A DNA stretch of 64,000 nt, taken from NCBI GenBank assembly GCA_002633005.1, contig NMRA01000719.1, forward strand, positions 119,466-183,465, in the 5' to 3' direction. Position 1 is the first letter of the stretch. The number at the start of each line of letters is the position of its first letter. Below are positions 36,001 through 49,082 of this stretch, one piece after another. The notes beneath the pieces were generated by a model. The model saw nothing but the letters and a program-made list of their open reading frames with translations, did not search any database and was not told the DNA's origin. The position numbers were made by a program, and so were the translations under genes. The DNA is from Phoronis australis. Taxonomy: Eukaryota > Animalia > Phoronida.

Positions 36001-39000
36001 TACCCCAAGGGGTTCTAAGGAGCTCTTGTGCACAGATAGGCTTGCTAGATGTTTCAAAATGTTATAAAAACATACGTACATGGTGTTTTACTGGTTATTA
36101 TATCATTTTCTTTCGATAAAGTCTTAATTTTGCGTTGATTCTGTTAAGTGTAAAAATATGTAGATATTTTCTGAGCATTGTAAAAGTAAATTGATTACAT
36201 CTAGAGTTCCTAGTCGTTGCTGGTACATGTACCGCTATGTATAGTCGCTTTTCCACGAGAGACAGTTGTGAGGGCGTGTCTTGCTCCACTTTAGTTGCAT
36301 TTACGCGACATCGTAAACTGGATCAGCATGAGTCACTAACACAAAGACTGTCTGCACATGCTCACTTAAACAATAGCGAACGTCCAAACCATGTGGAATG
36401 CCACTGGATCACCCGAACATATGCTATTGTGCAAGCGCATTGAAAGATGATCCCTTTCCGCCCTGCACCAGTACATGTAGTCGACACTGTAGCAACTGAT
36501 CGAGTGTAACTTACTCCACCTATCAAATCGGTGTCAAAAACTGGTCAACGCGGTGTCACTTGCTTCGTGTCAGTCATGTTTACGTACTCACTTGCACCGG
36601 AGTTCCGTGCTAGCTGCACTGGTCTGCTGTCTCAGTCTCTGTAAGTGCGACTTATAATTAGACATAAGGCTGCGTAGATTTAATTTGTGTAAAGTTTTCA
36701 GCTCCTCCCAAGAGAGTAATCTATTCTGGTCGTTAAGGAAAGTTTAGGAAAATATTCACAGACATTAAAACTGTTTTGAGGAGTTCTCATTATCAAATGA
36801 TTTGCTACGTGTTTAATGAGGTCCCATATGTTCTTGTATTCCAGACATTAGTTCATTCATCTTGTTCCATCAATAACATCTCTCATTCTCCTCGTCTTGA
36901 AGTATATTTTTGTTATTAATTTTCTGTAATCGTGAATCTAAGTTAATTGAAAGTGTAACTTTCAAATGTACAGCTGAATGATCAGGATATGTAAAATCAT
37001 TGTTAAGTATTCGAGGCACTTTTTATATGTTCGCAAATTAGCCAATAATCAATTCTGTTCTAGATTTTGTAATGCTTATATCGCTGTGAGCATGGCCTTA
37101 AGTCAGAATTTTGGATTCTCCAAATGTTGCACAAGCTCAATGAACTACAAAAAAACACTTATGTTGTCCATAAATCTTTGTTTATGACTCATACTTGTTT
37201 TCTCAATTTTGTGTGGACCGGACAGAGCACAATTGAAATCCAAGCAGCATGTAATTTAATGTTGCTGTTAGCTAAATTTCGGGTTCGTTGGTTATGACTT
37301 CTAAAAATTGTGATGGATGCCCCAATTCATTTGGGGAGTACCAACTAATTAAATCAAAATTCTTCATTCTGGAGAGTAAACACAATCATGTTACTGCTCC
37401 CATTGCCTTGGTACACCATCCAAATTGGTTGCCAGTCTGGTGCTAATTAGAATCGTAGTACCTCTGCTGCAGTTTCTAACAAAACTAGAAAGAATGGAAC
37501 CATTCTCATAATTATTCCACCAGTTTCCACTATCAGTATTATTAGTTTCTTGATGAAAACATCTTAAAAAATTGAAAAAGTTGACGTTTGACTTTAACTG
37601 GATTCAGGCTGCACATTTAAAGATAGCAATGCAATAATATCTTTTATTTTTTTGTAATAAACATGACTTTTTGGCCACATAATAAATTACAGTATAAATC
37701 CTTCATATTAGGGCATTATTGGGTGAGCAAGTGAAACTTCAACAACAGATAAAATCTGTTTGCTTTTACCTTGGTTTGTGCTGGTGTACTTGTCAAATTT
37801 TGTTTGTTAATATTTTGAATGTGCCCAGCAATGTTGTAACACTTTGAAAAATAAAAAATTGGCAATTGTAGTGAACATTTTTTATACAAATTGAAGAAGT
37901 TTTGCAAAAATATAATTGACTTTTCCTGGATTTCAGTTTGAGACTCGGTTCAAGAGTAGTCATCAGGGTCGTCATATGGGCCTTTCATGCTGACTTAAGT
38001 CTGGTCTGATTGGATTGTAACAAACCATGATTACTGTGTCTGTGTTTGTTTGTCTAACTGCAGCTATTGTTACCTGTGATCTATAGGTTCTTCCCTCTGA
38101 GTGGAGCTTTGATGTAAATTGCCATGTTAACTAAACTGTTCATACTGACTTTGGTAGTTAGCGGACATGGAAGTTTACTGTAGGTGATGCAAAGGGCCTT
38201 TAACCTCTTGTTTTGTCATGAGAAACCCAACTTTTGATTCGGGCCACTTATCATTAGTAAACACGTGTCATCTTGTGATGTACTATGATCCGCAGTGAAC
38301 GCATAGACACCAATCTTGTAACTGCTTGTGGTCTAGATCAAAAATATTTTTTTCAAATGAAGATGGATTTATATCCGTTTTAAGGTTATGTAGGACCTTA
38401 GAAAAATGGCCAAATTTAGCTAATTTTGGAACATCGTGTCTCCGAAATTGCTGATCAGATTCATTTGATTTTTTCAGGTACTATAATTTATGCACTGTTC
38501 TCCAAGTTAGAAATTGTTTTTCAACTGTTACACTTTTACTTGAGGGGCTATAAAAATAGGACTTATATGACTTTTTGCATAAAATGAAAACAAAACAATA
38601 TTTTAGAAAACCATGATAGCTTTTTTACTTAAGATCTCATTGTGAACATTTATGTCAAATCAATTGATACTGCGTTGTTATCAATGTACCTTTCTTTTTT
38701 GCTAAATTTTACTAAAAAGACATGATCTGACTCAATTAATGCCAGGTTGGAAATAATCAAAATTCAAATTCTGCAGGCTTTCTGCTTTCAGAAAATACTT
38801 TTACTCAGTTGAAATCTGTAATTCTGTAGAGTGGCAAAATGTGCAGGCTTGTCAGAAAGGTCCACATAACCATGGTAAAATTTTCGTCTTCACCAAGTTA
38901 ATGAGAAAAGAGCATTTCAAATTGAGAAATCGACTGCAATGTTATTTTCTCACATCTTAATACTTGTGAAGAGTTGTGCATAATACTGTTATCGTGCTTT

Positions 39001-42000
39001 GGTTATTAGGTTTTTGTAAGAAAATTGAAGAAAGCTATCGCCAAGGGAGAAAGTGATGCGGCCAAGCGTCTACGAGATGGCAAACCCAAGTATAAACTGG
39101 ATCACATCGTCAAAGAAAGGTATGCTGTGCTGTCGGGCATTTCACTGGAAGATTTGCTCGTGTTGGTTGGCAGACAGGATCTATCATGGAAATGACATTG
39201 CCATTTGGGTATGCAGCATAGATTGGATTTGTCTGAGAATTGGTAGAAGCTGTCCTTTCCCCAGTATGAACATTAGCCGGTTTGTATCATGTCTGCAAGT
39301 TTTTGGGTCCGCCGTGGTTGTGCTACACCCTTTATTGGCCGCTTATCGTCTCTGCTGGCTGACCAATCTATATAATGCTTTTCCTTTTATGGAAAGTGGA
39401 AATCTTATCTGTGATGTTTAGCAGATATGTTTAAAGTTACGTCGAACGCTGGTGTGGGGGTAAAAAATTGCCAACTTCAAAGTAAAGTAAAATTTGAATG
39501 AAGTGGCTTGTTAAAGCCAAAATTAATACCTTATTTGCCCAATTTTGACCTCAGCATAACTACATAAAACAGGAAATGTTAGCCAAATTTTGGGTCTCTT
39601 ATTTCATTGTGATCATTGCAAAATTAAGTCTAAACATTCAACACTTGCTGTGTGAAACATGATGTCCCAAAACAATACTCTTATACCTGAACAGTGCTCT
39701 TGGTTTTTTAGCTCAACTTGGGATGTGCCGCCTGTTATAGCTCAAAACTTACAAAAAATAGATAGAGAAATAAATGACATACTGGAAATGTTAAACTCAC
39801 ATTTGGCGCATCACACAGAGTACAAAACATTTTGGTGGATATACTAAATTAGGTTATAGTCACTTGCAGTAGTACCGCATTTTGAAAATCAATTTTCCTC
39901 TCTGAGTAACTGATATCTAGCTAGTTCTCAGAATGCAGGACCTCTATAAGTGACCTGTTGTCATATTTTGTCTAGTTCTTGTATTATGTGATGCATGACA
40001 TATGTACATGGCTCTACACTTTTCGTTTATTATTAGCACAATCATCACATGACTTTGTAGGTACCCCTCCTTCGTCGATGCTCTCCGTGACCTCGATGAC
40101 TGCCTGTCTATGTGCTTTTTGTTTGCCACGTTTCCTAAAACACGAAAGACGCACATAGAGTTGATTCACCTGTGCAAACGGCTGTCCGGTGAGTGTGCTA
40201 AGCAAGCGTAAAACTTCAGTGCCTTAGTGGTGACACCTTGTGGAGACATGTGAAACACTGGAGAATTGACGTGACACTGCTATTGCCATCTGGCCATCTG
40301 GACCTAAACAGGCCATTATTTACAGTATCCAAAATATAGTCTCCGAAGGAAATGATTCTTCCATATTCAGCTAGGGATTGGTGGTGAAAATGTGTGGGGA
40401 TTACATCTGCTGATTTTCATGCTGCCTCGAGAATATGCGACTGTGTGTGCCTCCTTGTGGAATTTGTGGTTTCATCTTTTTTAGTTTCAACCTCAGTTGC
40501 TAATGTCCGCAATGATTGTTTCCATTATTGTTTGTCAAATTGATTGAATTGTTTTAATTTAATGTCCAATGTCTACAAGTGAACTGTCCATTATTTCTAC
40601 AGTCATTACAAATTTTACTCCGGGACTTTGAATTACTACTTTCATGCCCAGCGACTTCATTTTGCATTATGTTTATTTAATGCTCTAAATTAGGTTTAAT
40701 CATCAAGTTATCAGCGGTTAATGGTTGACTGTAGAACTACGCTGCTTGATAACGTATCAAAGTGCCTTCTATTGAACGCTGATGATAGCAACTGAGTTCT
40801 TTGTCTTCATACTTGTTGGAATCTTCCAGTGACTGGAGTTGTTCTATCCAAAACTCATGGATGCATTACACTTTCAAAAGCTTCTTATTCCTTCTGTCTG
40901 GTTTGTTTTTGTGTCAACCAATGATGCGCAGTTTACAATAGATGGATTTAAGTTTTGGCGGGCTGGAACGTAAAATGGCAGCCTCGTATAAATAAAATGA
41001 TTTTAAAAATCCAAATGATTGTTTCACTTTGCAGCATCGTCTGGCAATAGTTTATTAGGGGAGTCACAATTTTGGGAACTAGAGTGACGTATGTTAATCA
41101 GGGGAGAACTGGCTCCCCTGGAAAGTGACTCGTACCCATTATGAGACCTTTGCTCAGTGACAAAAAACCCTTCAAAATGCCTGTCTGCTTTAGCCAAGGT
41201 CTCATGTTTTTCTTAAACAGTTGCACAAAGGCATGTTATCAGTGTTTGAAGCACCGTCATTTGCTAAGCGATTTGTAAAAAATCTTGTATCATTTCTGCT
41301 CGCCTCAAGTGGATTTTCTTTTTCTGAAAATGATCCGTCTGAAAAAATGCCACACCTCCAGCTTCAATAAAAACAGAGACCAGAACCAATTACATTTTTT
41401 TGACTTTGCATTCACTGGATTCAACAACAGTGACCAGTTTGCATGTAGCACTTTTAGTGCAATCTTCATATGCTTGTCTTTATTTTTCAGTGGAGTTCAT
41501 GCATTTCGTTATTTCCTCAAGATCGTTGCGTAAGGTAGGTGTGACAACAAAGATCTGACTCCAGTTGTGTTAAAATCAGTTTGCATTTGTGAAGGGTTAA
41601 TGACTATGCTTGTCACACCCCTTCTATTTAAAGCTGCTGTATACAACCTTATAGCAAAAGAATTGAGTTGAATCATTAAGTGTGAATATTAAACTGGCCT
41701 GGCTTTCTGATGTCCGTTTCTTGAGGAGTGACTTTACTTAAGTCAGAAATTCAGTTTTACAATTTACATTACAGTTTCTAAAATATTTAGTTAAATCTCT
41801 TTTGAGCAAAAGTGCAGTCTGTGAGAATACACGTGTTACTGCTAGTTACTGAGATGATTTCTATAAATTATTTCTCACTGTGATGCGCTCATAATTACTT
41901 GATATATCAAGATATTTCTAGGCGTTACTTTATATAAGCAAAAATTTCATATTGACTAAAGAATTGATGAAGTTTAATAGCTTCTAATTTGCTGCTGGCT

Positions 42001-45000
42001 TGCTTGCCATCTCCATGTCCTCTTACATTTCTTTGCCTAGGCACTTTTACTGCTGACATCTAGGCCTTTATCCAGGATTTGGAAAATAAGGTGTCCAAAA
42101 TGGGGTTCCCCATATTCCAGGGCGTCCATGATTCCGACACGTAACCCCCCACCCCCAGCAATCCCTCCAAACACGCAGATTTTTTTACAAAAAATGCATA
42201 GACCAAGGTTTCTACATCTAAGTTTACAAAACGGCCTTCTGTAGTGAGCATTGTTATTAAAAAAACTGTGGAGACCAAGACTTATACAATGTTATCAACC
42301 AAGTGTGAGCATAGCAACATTGTATATACTTTGTATATACATTGTATATTTCTTCCTGCTTTAAAAAAAGAGCCACCACTGTGAGTCTTCATAGGCTTCC
42401 TAGTGATCATTCCAATGTGTGTATCCAAACTTGAAAGGTTCCTATTGATACATTGGGTGTCCTTTCTAGGGCGGCCACATTAGTGCTGCGTAAGTCCTGG
42501 GCATCCAAATGGATGCCCAGGACTTACGCTGCATGAAGGCCTGCTGACATCTATTTTGTACAAAATCTGGGCAGTTAAATCTTGATTTGTGGTTGATTCT
42601 CCTGCCTCTGTTACCAATTTTTGTCGTCCGTTTCATTGAACGAGAAAACTTTGGCATGATCACACACTTATTTTTTTGAGACTCGTGAGCTCTTTCTGTT
42701 ACTGCTATGGTCGTCTCCCCTGCTGACTTCACTTACTTCAGTGGCTCCCTCTGTAGGTGTTTGTCTCCATCAAAGGTGTGTACTACCAAGTAGAGGTCAT
42801 GGGTCAGACCATCAACTGGATTGTGCCACATAAGTTTGGATATGAGGTGAGTTCTCTCATGGCCACACTAGAATGCACACAATCTTTACTTGTGAACCTG
42901 TAAATGTGTGTCTGAAGAATAGTGTGCAGGTAGTGTGATATTTAAGATACAGCAGAAATGATCCAAACTCCTGATTGAAACTCATGAGTATGCTCTATTG
43001 TCTTTAATGAGAGAAATTTTCAAGTCTTACAATTTTTGCAGTACTCTAAGCAGACTTCCATCCATAACCAAATGGCTGAATGAGCCATTTATGTCTTAAT
43101 GAAGTCCTGGTCCCTCTAAATGGTCACTAGTTTAAAAACTTATGTTTTGTTCCCTTTAAAACAAACGTTATCTTGATTTGAAATTCACACATGGCAAATT
43201 TGCGTTCAGGTACCAAGCTCATAAAAAGGGGCTGGGTTATTGGCGTGCCTAGTATTTTTGGACTGCATTTGGAAGATTGACCCCAATATGTGTTTTGTAA
43301 TAATTGGTGTTTTTTCTTGAAATCTTGTACGTAATTGCAATTGTGTCTTACATGTTCTAAAGTGGTCTTCGTTAACTCATTAACTCCCACCTGGGCTTGT
43401 ACATTCTCTGCTGTAAAAATTAGTCATTATTGTGAGATGGGGAGTCTCATACCGTAAAACCCTGCACAAATGCCATAGCCTTATATTCGAGTATGGCTTT
43501 ATATTCGAAGAATAGGCAATGGCTTTAGGTTCAAAGCTGTTTACATTGTGGGATGAACTAAAGTGTTAATTCAAATACAAAATTCACAGCTTTTGTTAAA
43601 TTGTTTTTTTTATTGGAGTGGTTGTAACTAATCTGTATTTTATTAACTTTCACAATACTTAGAATAATATGATTGTAAGAAGACAAGAAAAAAGATGATT
43701 GGCCAAATGTCCTGAAGAAATAGTATGTCTTAAAATTTAAGGTTGCTGCATGTTAAAATGTTCCTAAAATGCATTGTTTCACCTATAACTCAAATGCCCT
43801 GACTCTGTACACCACGTTGCCACTATTGAACAATGAACTTGACGTCACAATACAATCAAACTTATCCGGCAGATTAGTTTCGAAGTTTGTGCAGCCCAAC
43901 CCAGGTTTTACAGTATTGAAACCTGGTGCATCGCTTCTTTGCAACCGAGTCATGGTTGTGGTTAGGCATTCATCTCGCGCTTCTTCAGGTGCTGTGTAAA
44001 CCTGGATTCAGCTCTAACAACTATTTTTTCCTCTTGTTTACAGCATCCGAGCGATGTTGATTATAAGATCATGGCCACCTTCGTGGAGTTCTACACTACC
44101 ATGCTGGGCTTTGTTAATTACAAGCTGTACACTTCAATGAACTTGCATTATCCCCCACGACTAGCACTGGACTCACATGACGAGGACACCAAGGACAAGT
44201 GTCTGGACAATGAGAAACTGGAGGAGGTATGTCGCACAGACACGTTGATAGGTGTCCTACTGGGAAGCTAGATTTTTGTGGTAGTCCTTGTGGACACATT
44301 AACTTGTGTCATATTGTGGTGCTGGATTTCTGTGCTTTGCTGTGTGTAATAGGTTTCCAACTTTGGTGTGAAACTTGATGTTTGTGATATGTCATTCGGA
44401 CACATTAAGACAGGTCTTATTGTAATGGTGTAAATTTGCCTGTGTATAGCTGTATAGTGGCATTCTGTACAGATCAGAAACTGCCAATAGACTAACAGTA
44501 TGCTCTACAAGTTACAGAATCGGTGCAATGAAGCAGGGAGATTTGTTTCTTGTGCAGCTGGATACTGAACTAAATAACAGTCTTGTACAGCAGCTCTGCA
44601 CAAATAGTAGGAAACTGGCTTCAATAATATATAAGGGAGGGGAGAAATGTGAGCATGCTTATTTATAAACATGATTATTATGGAGTAAAAATGCTGCTTG
44701 CTGAGTAGAAGTCTTGTTTTTTGTGTGACCTTTCTCAAACCCGTGTGGCAGCATTGGGTGATAGTAAATGGGAGCTGTATTTTTTCTTGCAGCGTTTATC
44801 AGCATTGACCCAGAGTCTCCGAAACACACTACAGGAAAGTGGAGATGAGCCTGAAGTGGACGACTTTCCTATCGTAAGCGTTTCAAGTCATGCATTGAAT
44901 GCAAGTGAATTTGCATATATAGATACAGTACAAGCCAAAAGTATTCAGACAAAATGACCTGGAATGCCGTCATGACGGCTTGACAGAAGCAGAATTCATC

Positions 45001-48000
45001 ATCAACCTTGTGTTCCTTCATGACTGAGAATAAAGGGTTAAAGTTAGTAAGATGGTTAGGCCATTCTGTTTGTGGAATTTTGATGCACTAATAGTTATTA
45101 CCAGTCATTTTTGCTGTTAACGGAATTAGTCGACATGACGGGGAAACAGAATTTTGTCTGATTACTTTTGTCTTGTATTGTATTAGCCGATTCTTCTGTA
45201 GAGAAATGTTGCCCGCTGTCCATATTAGCCAATATGATTGATGCTACATTTGTTTTATTATATGACCTCTGGTGCTTCTTTCCACACTCTCATTTGATCT
45301 GCTTGTTCTTACCTGCTTTCATGTTCTTGCATCGTATGCTCGCTTCGTATTCAGGGTTTGTTCAGCATCTGATCGGTCAGGTCACAAGTAGTGACACTTG
45401 TCGGCACGAATGAAAGGTGATAGTCCGTGACCCGCTTGGTCAATATTATGGTATATCTGAAGTTATCGTGCTAGTTTTTAGCCAGTTATAAGACAGAAGT
45501 ATCACTGGTCATGTAATAAATTTAATACTGAAGCACTGGTCTTGCACATTTTGTGGACGTCTGAACTAAAATAGAAAATCCCAAGGCGTTCAAGAATAGT
45601 AGTTTCGTTGTCCAGAGTCAAAAATTCTCAACTGGAAATTCAAATTGAGACTGAATAAGGATCAGGCATCAGAATTCTCCTAATAAGGGGTTGATTGATA
45701 TCGTTGTGGCAGAATACAACTTTTAAGGTTTTAATTTTTCAAATCTTACCATAACTTATAAGTTCACTTGATCTGCAATCAATCACCAGTTTACGCAAGT
45801 TGTGAAATTAAGCTGGAGCATGCCGTATGGTACCTTTTATTCTACTATTCTGCTTGTTTAGTCAGATGACCCGGACACAGTGGAGGAGGCGAAGCTGGAG
45901 GAAGACAACTTGAAGAAGTTCAAGAGTTTATTCCAAGGACTGAAATTCTACTTGAACCGAGAAGTGCCTCGAGAATCATTGACCTTCATGATCAGGTCTG
46001 TTTTGTGGCTTCATTTTCGAAATGCGATTGTCTCATATGATACGTCGTAATGCTATTGATCATGGTACACGCTAAGGTTATCTTGTAAGATTTCGCATGG
46101 GTGTGATGTTATTTGGAGAGATAGCATTGCTGAATGGAAACGTTGTTCACCTTTGTGTGTGGCATTGTCGACACGTACCGTTCTCTATTCACACTATCTT
46201 GCTTAGTCAAATGTCAAAAATTGAGACACACTGCGTGTGATTGGTCAGCAGTCTCACGAGTCAACGGTGTGTCGAGCTAAAGTAGTAAATCATTTGGAAA
46301 ATTTTGGGGAAAGTGGACGGGTCAGGATATAGTGAATACTATTAATACGTTAAAGATGACCTTTTATAAAGACAGCAGAAAAATTATAAGGAAAGGAAAT
46401 GGAAAAAAAAATGCTTGCTCCTTGCTTTTACTGATGATTCCTTGAGGGGGCACTGTTCTGCTTACGTAAATTGTTACTATTTTTGAGAGAGCAAATTGAT
46501 GAGCACTTAAGTAAATTGTGCTATTAATTGGAGATCAAAATTTGCAAATGACGCCATTCTTTCTAATTAAGTAAATAGGTATTCACCAAGGATTAAATCA
46601 GTGAATGGCATTACCCTATTAAGTGAATTGTGTTATTCTTGGGAGAGCAAATCTGCGCTTGGCATTGACTAAAGTAAGTAAATTATGCTGTTCATTTGAG
46701 AGCAAATTAACAAATGGTTGCGTCGGTGTATTAATGCAGTGGATTATGTTTCCCAGTTCTCCTTTCACAGTACTCGTTTCCAGTTTTGTATTCTAATCAA
46801 GTTTGACTCGAATGCTATTTGTGTTAATATCTTTGGCTTCTGTGTACCATAGTTGTGGACAGTTGTGGACTGGTGCAAACGATGAAAAAAGCTCTGACAG
46901 GAAATTTCATTAAAAATCTTTCAGATTGTTCGAAAATTTTATGGCATACCGAAAAAGAGACTTGATCAAAAATGTTTGACATGAACAGAAACACTTATTA
47001 AAAATTTCTCTGACATCCAAAGACAACAGATTGTCATTCATGACAAGTACTGTTGGTGTTTTTTTTGCTCTAGGTCATTTGGAGGTCAAGTTTCCTGGGA
47101 CAAGACTTTAGCTGTTGGTGGTACCTATGAAGAGGATGATGAAACTATTACCCATCACATCGCAGACAGACCACAGATGAGCAAACAGTTCATGTCTAGG
47201 TATAAAACCTTCTCAAACAGCTAGTTTTTATGGTAACACTTATAAAAATGGGTTCGATGAACTCTATTCACGAACTCACAAACTCATGCCCAGATGCATA
47301 ATGAACATGGCTCGCCAACCGCAAAACATGGTGCTGGACAGAATATGGCTTAGGCACCTCAGTTCACCTAATCAAAAGCTTTTGTCTGGACTTGAAAACA
47401 CGTTACATGGCTCGATGTATCATGTGGTAGTCAGTGAGCTTTGTTTGCAAGTTGGGGAACTGAATGTACCTGAGCCGTGACCTGCTTAATGTTCTTGAGT
47501 GCGGCAGCCATGTTGTTTCTACCCCTTGAGTAGCGTACTCCGTGAAAGTAAAGAATTGATCCGCGTTATTCAACATTGCTAAGCTTATAGATTAATAGGT
47601 ACCGAGAAGACAAGCTAATTCTAGCTTTGAATAAAATGATGACTGCCTGTCAGTTAACCTAGGTTGTTGTGGTGTCGTATGTTGTTAGTGAACTATTTTT
47701 GGATGTATCACTACCTCTTGACATACCACCCTCTATTCACAGGCACTATGTGCAGCCCCAGTGGGTGTTTGACAGTATCAATGAACGTCGGCTGCTCCCC
47801 ATTGAAGACTACTTTTTGGGTGTATTATTACCTCCTCACCTGTCGCCCTTCGTGGAAGAGAGTGAAGAGGACTATGTCCCCCCTGAACGGCGCCAACTTT
47901 TGGAAGGTGGAAAAGCTACTGTCTCTGGTGTGTTTAAGTAAAAACATGCATTTGCTTAATGTCTATCTGTCCAAAAACTCAACCAAATAGAAACAAGGCC

Positions 48001-49040
48001 ACTTAGCCCTATAAATTTGATCTGGATAGGACCCTTGGACTTTGTTTTAAGGTGATTTGCTGTGGAACCATTTATTGGTTGTATATCTGATGATGCTTGA
48101 TTGAAGTTAGCAAAACACCTGAGTATAGGGACATTTATCCGATATGCATTGAACAGTCATGTAATGTTGTTTTCCGTATTCATCTTCCGCACTGCTTCAA
48201 CAGTGACCTCTGACATGGAAAGTTCAAAAGGTAGGTCAATGTCGACTCGACGTCATTAGCCGGTTTGATCATCAAACTTTCCCGAAATAGTTGAAAGTAA
48301 TGCAATTGCAGCAGTGTAAATAACACTCATCATGCAATCAAATCCCAGTCGTAACATCTGGAACAGGACTGTTGAATATAGGACAGTTTTGTCTCAATTT
48401 TCAATTGCTAAATATCATATTGTCTGCAACTCAGGCGCCGATTCCTCGGTAACTACAATATCAAATGTTATTTAACTATTTTCAGGAGATGTTACAAGTC
48501 CAATGCACAATTACAGTTGTTTTCATCTTTGTTAACTCTTTTCAAGTAGTAAATTGTTACATTTAAAACTGTTTCTTTTACTGGAGAAAACGTCAGTGAA
48601 CAATCTGAGTGAAGTATTTAAAAAATCAGCCAAAAAATGAAAGAAACTTAGGAATTCGAAGCGTACTTCGATTGGCGTACTTGAAGTAATATCCCACTTG
48701 ACATTATTCCGCGTATCGACCGAGACCGAAGGTACGCGGAATGTCTCGCGGGATATTACTTCATCTACCCCACTCTCAATACGTTTTGTATATTTTTATA
48801 TCCAAATATGAATGTTATTGTGAAAAGTTTTGTCATTTCATTTTGATTTTTAATTTCCTTTGCTATGAAAAACATCCTATACAAATCAAGAATTCTGCGG
48901 GTTATCATAGACTTGCCAGCCCTTCTGAAAATTGACCACTTATGTCTGACTAATTGTTTTCATCTCCACAAGATGTCGCTGATGAAGAACACGTCAGCCA
49001 TGACGAGGAAAGTGATGAGGAAGAAGGTGATGAAGGAAAC

Positions 49041-49082
<42 letters not shown>

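Noticed and set aside
48085-48130. Second hammerhead-like motif (CTGATGA...AAAAC)
   Set aside because: GAAA core and NUH cleavage context are missing and stems are unconvincing; the same applies to CTGATGA at ~46431 and ~49467.
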